DNA from: Dipteris shenzhenensis
Lineage: Eukaryota
DNA: 64,000 bases
Direction: 5' to 3' (one strand)
Assembly: GCA_047967505.1 (NCBI GenBank)
Contig: CM106538.1
Below the pieces are notes generated by a model. It saw only the letters and a program-made list of their open reading frames with translations, had not been told where the DNA came from and did not search any database. Every line of letters starts with the position of its first letter. Within the stretch, counting starts at the first letter, position 1. A program made the position numbers and the translations under genes. This document shows, one piece after another, positions 1-9,842 of the stretch.

Positions 1-1607
1 CATGTGGCCATATCTAGCATGCCATAATTTTGCATTTTGCATGGCAGCTGTAGGAGTAGAAACTGCCAGAGCATGGGCTGCTCTTTTCTCAAAAATATCA
101 AGGTGAAAAAGCCCACGCAGCAGAGTACCAGATAACATTAAGGCATAGTTAGCTTCCCTGTCTCGGACAGCACATTTGTCATCCTCAAAGATGACCTGAA
201 ATCCCCCTCTGTTAAGAGTGGACACTGAAAGGAGATTTTTGGTTATGCCAGGCACATATAAGACATCAGAAAGTCTGAAAATTGAGCCATCAATTGCAGT
301 GAGCTCAACTTCTCCTGTGCCACGTACTGAATATGAGGAGTTGTTGGCACAAGTGACTTTCTTACCAACAGGAGGTGGATGCAAGGAAGTAAAAAGACAC
401 TTCCTAGAAGTGATGTGCTTGGATGCACCGCTATCAAAATACCATGTGTTCAGTGTTTCATTAACACTGAAAGTAGATGCATCTGTAGAAGAGTCAAAGC
501 TGCAAGTCAAAAAAGCATATGTATCATCACTGCAAGAGGCTGTACTATCCCAAGCATCTGGAACAGCCAACCTAGAATCTGAAATGCAAGATAAAAAGGC
601 ATAATCTTGACCAACAAAGTTGGCTGTAGCATCCCCACTATCAGATGCACAAGGGGCTGAATCTGAAACAGCCATTCCTGAGCTGTTTTTCTTTTCTTTT
701 GCAATCCTTTTCCTGCATTCTGCTATGTGATGACCTGGCTTTTTGTAGTAGTGACAAAAACCCTTCTTTTTGGGCTTACTTGCATCACTTTTAGCCTTTT
801 GTGAAGGCTGTCCTGACCCACTGGAAGGCTGATTTGCTGCTGTCTTTGCCTGTCCCTTTGTTTTTGATTTAAATTTTGAGAGCATGGCTTGTTCACCTGC
901 ACATGAAGCCAAATTTTTCCTGGTCTGCTGTTCCTGAAGCAGAAGTCCTATCAACTCATGAAAAGTGAGAGGATTTGCACCCCCCCTCAATGATAAATTC
1001 AGCGAAGTGTGAAAGCTGAGATAAGACTCAGGAAGAGAATTCAGAGTGGTTGTAATCATCTCTGAATCAGGAATAATTTCATCTATGTTTAACAATTGCT
1101 CTCTGAGATCCTGTAGCTTTGTGAGGTGGACTGACATGGAGTCACCCTCCTCCATATGGTATTGCTCAACTCTCTTTTTAAGAAAGATACCCTGGCATCA
1201 TTCCGTGCTGCATACATGCTTTCCAAAATATCCCACGCTGCCCTGGAGGTCTTACACGACCGGATATGCGGAATGATTGATCTTTTCACTGAAAGAGAGA
1301 TGCATGACAAGGCTAAGGCATCCCGTGAATCCCATCTTTTCTGCTCTGGAGTATTGACTGTAGCTGCACCAACAACTTGTCCTGCAGCTGCACCCTGTGC
1401 ACGACCTCTTCCACCTCCTTGCTGAGGAGGGGTAGCAGGTGCAATATCTGCTGGTCGGATTTCATCCCCATTGACATAATCCCATAAATTGCGAGAAATC
1501 AGAATATTACGTACCATGAAACTCCAGAGGGAGTAGTTGGTACCATCCAACTTGTCTTCCTGTGAAAGACCACCGAACTGGAACTCATTCTGATTTTGAT
1601 GGGCCAT
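1..1607 (-). pseudogene. copia A gag-protease-(pre-integrase), frameshifted
   Basis: MAHQNQ..DKLDGTNYSLWSF (ATG at 1607), frameshift near 1160, LNSLPESY, CHYYKKPGHHIAEC (knuckle with C->Y), WYFDSGASKHIT, YVPGITKNLLSV. Confidence 0.88.
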
Positions 1608-2171
1608 ATCTGAGAAAGAGATTGAAGCAGATACAAAGCTGAATTCCCTTACTGGGAATAAAATGCACAACTCCCAAAAACACAGCCAAGCACGGCGGGC
1701 TGTATATGCAACTTAGATTTCTGTACTTGAGCTGTCAGAAATCTGTCCAAGCATCAAACACTCTCCAAAATCTGCCAATAGTGTTCCAAACACTCCAAGA
1801 AAGGCAGTATGTACTGAATACTCCAAAAAATGCTCTCTCAACACAAAAGCCCCAATTTGTGGCTAGAAATTGCAGCCAGAAAGGGACAAAATTACTAAAA
1901 ACCCCAAATCTGCAATTTTTAAACAAAAGCCCCAAATTTCAGACTAGATCTGCAATTTTGCTCCAGATGTAGCTCCAAAATTGCACAATGATTGCAATGT
2001 CTGCAATATGCAAAATGCCCCAAATGTACTCCCAAACAACTGAACCAAACTATGGTTTTCTGCAAGATGTGCCTGCCAAAGAACACCTGTGGCTGAAGGC
2101 AACCTGTGTAAATCTGCAAGTACAGATCTGAAAATGCAGAAATGCACACAAATCTGTGAAGAGTGCAGGTG

Positions 2172-2538
2172 GTACGGTACAGTACTAACTGTACGGTGGT
2201 ACAGTACAGTATGGACTGTACGGTATAGTTTGTACGGTCAGTACGACAAGATTGTCCAGGTGCTCCTGCTCAAGTACGGCGATGTGCGGATGGCGATGTA
2301 CGGCGCTGTACGGAATCCTGCACAGGTACGATGACCTGCACTGTGCTGTACGGCGATCTGTACTGTGCAGTACGGCGATCTGTACTGTGCAACAACGATC
2401 TGTACGGCAGTCTGTACGGGAGCAGTACGGATGTTTTACGGGAGCTGTACGGAGGTATTACGGGAGCTGTACGGAGGTATTACGGGAGCTGTACGACACT
2501 ATGCGTCAGGATTCCGTACAGTCGTACGGACTGTACGG
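2172..2538. promoter_or_regulatory. GTAC/GTACGG motif cluster in copia A leader (SBP/SPL-type core)
   Basis: 26 GTAC in ~370 bp by manual count, 17 of them as GTACGG/CCGTAC. The regulatory role is inferred. Confidence 0.55.
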
Positions 2539-2628
2539 ACAGGTTGGAGCAGACTAAAGCTTGAGGCTAAGCGCTGGAACTGAAGGGAGCAATGAGCTCA
2601 AAGCTCTTGAACCTGCTCTGATACCAAA

Positions 2629-2903
2629 TGAAGGAATAGGAAGTGAGTGAGAGCAAGAGAGATTTAGAGAGCAAGAAGCTTGGAAGCTGAAGACGTAGTT
2701 GCAATAGAATAGAGTGTAAAGAGTACAACTCAAAGTGAGAAAAGATAAGGTTTTGTCCTAGTGACAAAACCTTAGTAGTCACTAACCATAGTTAGTGAAC
2801 TAACTGCGGTTAGGGGGAAAAACCTCTTAAAGAGGGAAAAGTGCCCCTAACTAGCTTATTATATTACATTGGTCACTGCTGAATTATATCTATAATTCTA
2901 ACA
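2629..2903 (-). repeat. copia A 5' LTR (275 bp)
   Basis: Reads TGTTAGAA...CCTTCA on minus, 2 nt from the tRNA-Met PBS. LINE sequence starts at 2904. Confidence 0.8.
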
Positions 2904-3218
2904 CTAGGATCTCCCATGGAGAGTCGACCGAGGAGTGAGCAACCCTGAAAAGAGTGGCTGGAACATCCTCTAGAGAGCACGACTCCACAAGGTGTCATCG
3001 GATGTGAAGAGCCCAAGAGGAATCAAGTCTCTCAAAAAATACCTGGGGCCCTGAAAGAATAAGCCAAGCCACTGATCCCTAGGTCATATAGAAAGGTAGG
3101 CGAACAAAAGTGCTGAAAAGTCTTGCAATCCCCTTCCATATGATTCTCGCCTGTCTGCAATCCCAAAGGCAGTGTTGGGGTAAAGGCACATTGCCACCCC
3201 TTTATTAAAGATATGACA

Positions 3219-3246
3219 CCTATGACTGTCTTAAGACAGTCATAGG
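3219..3246. repeat. 28-bp perfect palindrome in the E1/E2 LTR
   Basis: CCTATGACTGTCTT|AAGACAGTCATAGG; present in all four LTR copies, with two substitutions in the E2 5' LTR. Confidence 0.95.
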
Positions 3247-5008
3247 GTGAAAAACCTAATCCTAATAAAACCTATGAGTTTGTGGTGTGGCTCATCACTT
3301 CACATCCGCATCTTTTGTGTCACCACTCTCTCTCACTCCCTCCCCCCTTGTACTTCTCCCTCTTACCTTCCCTCTCAACTGGTATCAGAGCCTACCCCTC
3401 CCTCTCCACTCCGTCTACCGACTCCCCCTACCTCTTTGCCCTAGTGGCCAGCAAGGCAGCAGCGCAGGGCAGCGCGGGCTGCAGCAGGGCAGTGCGGGCA
3501 ATAGCAAGGGCAGCAGCGCGGGCTGCAGCGGGCAGCGCAGTCAGGCAACGCATCGCGCAGGCGCACGCAGCGCGCCATTTCGCGCGTCGTACAGTACAGT
3601 ACGGATGTACGGCCGTCCGTATAGCCGTACGGACATCGTACATGCGATCGTACCGTACGGACGCCGCCGTGCGGACTGTGACAGGGAGCTGCGTCAGGGA
3701 TTTTCGACAGGGAGGTGCATTTTTTGTTTTGGATCTGCGTCAGAGGAGTGCATTTCGAAATTTCTCCTTGGATTTGTACCCTGCACAGGTACAGCAGGTA
3801 CATTTGTACCCTACACAGGTACAAAGGTACAAAAGTACAGCAGGTACATCAGTATTTCTTTGGGGGAGAAAGAAAAGGAGAGAGAGCACTCTGCTCTTCA
3901 TTCAGGATCATTTTCAGTTCTCAAAATTGTGTTTTGAAAGTACAGCAAGTACCTTCGTGTCCCTCGTGCTTGAGGTGACTAGTACCACAGTGTGTGGTTG
4001 ATTGCACAGTTATCTTGTTTCGGGAAGGTAATGCCTTGATTTTGCAGAGGACTTTTATGCTTTTGCTGAATGCAAATCTCAGCTTTTGGGTGACATTTTC
4101 AAAGGGCTTTTGCCTGGAAGTCTATGCAGTGTATGCCTTGAGGCAGTGTGGAGCCAGGGAGCCCACATTGGTCTTGTTTCCGCAGTGTATTCAGTGACAT
4201 TTCTTGCAGGTCACATTTTGTGTACGACACCTTGGAAAATCTCAGTTGAGCCACGCTTGGCCAGGGCGCATCGAGTTTACTCGGTCCTTAACTGTCCATC
4301 GTTGACAGTGCTCAAAAGATTTTCTCTTCAGTGTCTGTACGTTGGGATCTGTGTTGTTATTGTGTACACAGGGCTGTTTATGCATTGCATTGTCAGGTGA
4401 AAGTGCCAGGAGAGCGCTACTTTTTTGTATGCTACCTCAGTTTTGAGGTGTTTTTCACTTGGTACAGGTGTCAAATCAAGGGGCTTTTGCCCAGATTTTG
4501 CTTGAGAGCACTTGGGTTACTGTTTGAGACCTTCAGATGCCTTTTATCCCTTTGGCAGAAGGGTGATTGCTTGGGATTTGTCCCATTTTCTGTTGCAGGT
4601 TTGTGACAGGCTGAAGTGTCTGGAGCCTCTTTTACAGTGAACAAAACAGTGTATGACAAGTGGTTTATGCATATAAAATCAGTGCAATACCTCATCTGAG
4701 GTGGGAGAAGTGATCAGGACAGCAGTGTTTTATGCTTCATCAGATGATGATGCACTGTTAAAGCACCTGTGGAACAGCTGCAGCATTCTGAAATTACTGT
4801 TTTATGCCTATTTGAGCACGGTACAGTGTGTCAGAAGGTACAATAACTGGAGGGAAATTTACTGTTTGGCTGCAGATTCTTTTGACAGTAAAAACAGCAC
4901 TATTGTGAGTGCTTCTGGCTCTTGATAGAGCAGGTTTTTTCTGAGAAATCAGAACTTTATTCAGTCATTTTTTGACTTACAGGGAGTCAGGAACTTTCCT
5001 TATCTGAT

Positions 5009-5800
5009 ATGGCATCAGGGGGAAGTGAATCTTCAATTCTGAACATAAAGAAATTGGAAGGAGCACACAATTATGCATTATGGGCAGAACAGTGTTTGAA
5101 TGTACTTCTGCTAAAGAAGATTTCTAAGCCCATAAGGGTGAAGGGTGTCAAGCCATCTGACATGGCAGATGATGAATGGGAAGAGCTTGATTTGTCCGCA
5201 AGGGCAGCTATCATGCTTACTATTTCTGATACTCTTGTGTTCAATGTTCAGGCTGAAAAGACCTCTTATGGCCTATGGCAGAGGCTAGCAGAGTTGTATG
5301 CCCAAAAGAGTTCAGCCAGTAAGGTTTATTGGTTGAAGAAGCTGGTTGATCTTCGCATGAAGGAAGGTACAACTATGACCTCACACTTGAGTGAGTTCAA
5401 TGCCATCTTTACATTGCACAGGGTTTGAATCTTGATGAGGAGTTCAAGGCTACCTTCTTGTTGTGTACCCTCCCTGAGAGTTGGGACACTTTCAAGACCA
5501 CCGTGTCAAATTCAAATGTCATTCTTATGTATGCTGATGTGGAGAGCTCTCTCCTTATGGAGGAGATGAGCAGGAAAAATAATATGGGCAGCAAGCTTTG
5601 CAGGTACAGGATAGAGGCAGGACTCAGCAGAAGGGGAGATCTGCTAGTAAGTCCAAATCCGGCAGTCAGTCCCGTGCCAAAAAGGATATTGAATGCTTTT
5701 ATTGTGGCAAGAAGGGACATGTGAAGTCTAAGTGCTTCAAGTTCATACGGGATCAGAAAGCCAAGAAGGCTGAAACAAAGGATGCAGGCAGTGGAAGCAA
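5009..5800 (+). pseudogene. E1 gag (frameshifted)
   Basis: KLEGAHNYALW, LLCTLPESW, CFYCGKKGHVKSKC knuckle; small deletions relative to E2 break the frame. Confidence 0.9.
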
Positions 5801-7186
5801 AAAGTCAAAGTGGATTCAAATGCTTTACCGAGGTATAAGGCCAGATTGGTTGCCAAGGGATTTAAGCAGGAGAAGGGCATTGATTTTGATGAGATCTTTT
5901 CCCCTGTAGTCAAGATGACTACTTTGAGAGCAGTGTTAGCTCTTGTTGCTCATGAGGACATGGATTTATGTCAGATGGATGTGAAGACTGCTTTTCTTCA
6001 CGGAGATCTCCATGATGAGATCTATATGAATCAGCCAGAGGGATATGCTGTTAAAGGGAAAGAGCAACTTGTGTGTAAGCTCAAGAGGAGCTTGTATGGA
6101 CTCAAGCAGGCGCCAAGAGAATGGTACAAGAAGTTTGATGCCTTCATGCAGTCCCAAGGGTATCATAGGTGTGAGATCGATCATTGCTTGTACACCAAAC
6201 GGGCAAAGGATGGCAGTTTGATGCTACTCATTCTATATGTGGATGACATGCTGATTGCCAGCAAATCTCAGCAGGAGATTAGTGCTTTGAAGAAACAACT
6301 GCATAAGTCTTTTGATATGAAAGGCTTGGGTGATGCAAACCATATTCTTGGTATGCGTATTATTCGTGACAGGTCCAAGGGACTTTTGTTTCTGTCACAG
6401 AAGGAGTACATTGGCAAGGTACTGCAGAGGTTTAAAATGGAGGGGGGGAAGTCTATTAGTACCCCGTTGCCTCCACATTCAAAACTCAGCAGTAAGGACA
6501 GCCCCAGATCAAATGATGATAAGGCTGAAATGGCCAAAGTTCCGTATGCATCTGCAGTTGGTTCTTTGATGTATGCCATGGTTGCCACTCGTCCGGATAT
6601 TGCTTTTGCGGTGGGAGTCATCAGCAGGTATATGGCAAATCCAGGCAAGCGGCACTGGGAAGCAGTGAAAGGTGTCTTGAGGTATCTCAAGGGTACCAAA
6701 GACTTGTGCATATGCTATGGTAGGCAGGATGCATTGGTGCATGGTTTTACAGATTCAGGCTATGCAGATAACCGGAAGTCTACTACCGGTTACATTTTCA
6801 CATTTGCAGGAGGTGCTATATCATGGGTGGCTCGGTTACAGAAATGCGTTGCACTCTCAACTACTGAAGCTGAATATGTTGCAGCCACTGAGGCTTGCAA
6901 GGAAGCAATATGGCTTACTCGGCTGGTGGGAGATTTGGGCATTACAGGAGATATGCCAGTTTTGCATTGTGATAGTCAGAGTGCTATCATGTTGGCAAAG
7001 AATCCGGTCTTTCATCAGAAGACCAAGCACATAGATGTGAAATATCATTTCATCAAGGAGGTACTGGAAGACAAGCGACTTGAGCTTGTGAAAGTGCATA
7101 CTGATGATAATCCTGTAGATTTGCTCACTAAGAGCTTGCCTACAGAGCGGTTTGCACATTGCCGCCACATCATGGGATTAGGATGA
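5801..7186 (+). pseudogene. E1 reverse transcriptase-RNase H (open frame, N-terminally truncated)
   Basis: YKARLVAKGF, QMDVKTAFLHG, LYGLKQAPR, LYVDDML, STTEAEY, KHID; fused out of frame to gag. Confidence 0.92.
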
Positions 7187-9842
7187 GACCATTCTTATTT
7201 TATGGTCTTTTATACATTAACTGTATATTGCTGTAATTTTTATTCTTTTCTCCCCTTAGGCACATTGGCCTTTAGGAGGGAGGTTGTTGGGGTAAAGGCA
7301 CATTGCCACCCCTTTATTAAAGATATGACACCTATGACTGTCTTAAGACAGTCATAGGGTGAAAAAACTAATCCTAATAAAACCTATGAGTTTGTGGTGT
7401 GGCTCATCACTTCACATCCACATCTTTTGTGTCACCACTCTCTCTCACTCTCTCCCCCCTTGTACTTCTCCCTCTTACCTTCCCTCTCAGGCAGTGCTGT
7501 ATTGTCTCCAAAGCAGAAAGGCAGCGAGGGCAAGAAGGGTCAGCTCTGAACCTGGATCTCCAATGGTTTACTGCTATCCCACCATGAATAGAAAGCCAAA
7601 AGAAGAGAGTGATTTTTCTATTTAGGTGGGATTTCCAGTGTCTCTGCCAAAAAAATTTCTACAAGTCAGCAGGAATCTGAAAGTTCTCCCAATGATGAGC
7701 TCTGGTAGGCCTCCAACCCCTACAACTGAGCTAGACTTTCTTGGCATTACTGACCGTGTAACGAAAGAAGGGGATGCCCTTCTCTCGGTGCCCTTCATCT
7801 ATCCATTCCCATTCCCCAGGGTCCCACTGCAAAAACTTAATTGGGACACCTCCATAGAGCCACAGCCTCCATGAGCCAAGGGCGAGGAGAAACGGGTCAG
7901 GATCCAAGTACCACTGTGAAAGAGAGACATGCTCTATGAAGCCCACTATCCTGACTGGCTGAAACGGTACCTCCAACAAGATATCGTCTGTGGATCCGAA
8001 CAGCCTGCCCCCCGAAGAAACATCAAAAACTAAGGCGTCCTCATGTGTGTCAAGAAAAGCAATCACCTGTAAAGGAACTCCCAATCTGGAAAATGCCCCC
8101 ATCCAGGTGGAACAAGTAATAGGCATGTCATCTGTGTCCACCTAATCCAAGGGCAAGGCTGCATCAATCTGTTGGACTCTCCCTGCACTCCCTCTGAGAT
8201 TAAGAACCATCTGGGCCTGTCGGTTTGTAGGAAGCTTCCTGAAGGCTTTCCATGCTCCCACTGTAGATGCAGGGCCCCTCTCCCATCTTGGCCACTGCAT
8301 GTAAGGAGAAGCTCCAAGTGGTCTGCCAAGCTCATCCAAATCCTGTCATTCCACATGATAGGCTGCCTTTCAATCTCTTCACAGTTGGATGGGGAAATCC
8401 TACGAAGAGTACTTCTGAAGCTGGCCCATGCTTTCAAGATAGCAACCATAAGAGGGGAAGAGGGAGACCTGAGGTGGGCTGTGGTGAAAACCCATCTAGT
8501 ACTGTGTGTCCAATCCTCTCCTGAAGTTGGCGTGCGAGACTGTATGCATCTGATAAAAAAATCCTTCCAAGGCTCTTGCCCTGGCATAATCCCTCTCACA
8601 ACGAACTTGCAGAGTAAAGCTCTGCACTGTAGATCTGGGTCGATGATATTCAAACCCCCTTCTCCTGTAGGAAGAATCAAGGTCTCCCAAGCCACCGTGG
8701 CTGTAACATCAGTTGTGCCATCTAGACCACTCCATAAAAAGTTTCGTACAGGCCTCTTAAGTTGAGTGATACAATCCCGAGAGTGGCACCAACAAGAGCA
8801 TACAAATCATTGTGGCTAGAAGAACCTGGTTAACCACCACCACCGTGGAGGCCAAGTCAAGTTTGGCTGAGCTCTAGAAAAGAAGCTTCTGATGCTTTCC
8901 AACACCGGAGCAAACTATTGTGAAGGAGAGATGCCCACCCCAACCTGGCAGCCCAAATATCTGAGGGAGACGTCCCTCTGTACCAAAGTGAAGCCAATAT
9001 CATTACCCCAATCTGGGGTGTCATCCTTGCAAATCCAAAAACCACTGGATTTATGCCAATTAATGTGTGCACCTGTAGCCGTGCAAAACAAATCCAAGGC
9101 TGTCCGGAAGGAAGTGAGTGTCCCGGGGGAGGCATCCAAAAAAACAGCCATGTCATCTGCCAACTCACTATCCAGGAGCTCTTCTTCCCGGCGGATAGGA
9201 AGCCTTAGCCCATAAATATCAGCTTGAGATCTAATGTAGGTACTCATAGCTTCCGCCACAAACAGAAAAAGAAACGGGGCAAGAGGACATCCCTAGCGGA
9301 TGGATCCGGAAATCTGAAACCTGTCCCCTCTTATCCCCCCAATTCTGTAGAGAGAGGATACTCCTCTAATCCATGCATATGAAAGACCAAAGCGAGATAG
9401 AGTACCCTCTAAAAAATCCCAGTCTACTCTGTCGTAACCTTTCTCAAAGTCCAAGAGTAGAATGGCCAATCTCTGGTGGCTCTGCATGGCCCATTCTGAC
9501 GCCTCCCAAAATGAGAAAATATTATCAAAAATACTTCTGCCATGCACAAACCCTGTCTGCTGTGAGGGAAAGAGAGAGGGAGTGGAACAAAGGAGACACA
9601 AGAAGTGTGGGTGTGTTAAAGTGTTGAGCCACACCACAAACTCATAGGTTTTATTAGGATTAGGGATTCACCCTATGACTGTCTTAAGACAGTCATAGGT
9701 GTCATAACATTTTAAAGGGTGGCAATGTGCCTTTACCCCAACAACCTCCCACCTAAAGGCCAATGTGCCTAAAGGGGAGAAAAGAATAAAAATTACAGCA
9801 ATATAGAGTTACTGTATACAAGACCATAAAATAAGAATGGTC

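Larger units (their letters stand above)
1..2903 (-). mobile_element. Ty1/copia LTR retrotransposon 'A', 5' part (continues beyond window start)
   Basis: Minus strand shows a TG..CA LTR (2903-2629), PBS TGGTATCAGAGC (2626-2615), a ~1 kb leader, gag, zinc knuckle, protease WYFDSGASKH and pre-integrase LWHARYGH at the window edge. Confidence 0.93.
3173..7489 (+). mobile_element. Ty1/copia E1, internally deleted (no protease or integrase)
   Basis: 205-bp LTRs at 3173-3377 and 7285-7489 (3 mismatches), TSD GGCAG (3168-3172 and 7490-7494), PBS TGGTATCAGAGC 3380-3391, PPT AGGAGGGAGG 7274-7283. Confidence 0.96.

Noticed and set aside
3282-4925. ORFs in the E1 leader, some mirrored in E2 (e.g. 4701-4925 and 14009-14251)
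   Set aside because: Mostly non-ATG starts, and frames diverge between copies; similarity reflects DNA homology only.
5785-5820. E1 deletion as a retrotransposed spliced RNA
   Set aside because: No GT donor at the breakpoint, and the junction has two extra A's relative to a clean GC-AG splice.
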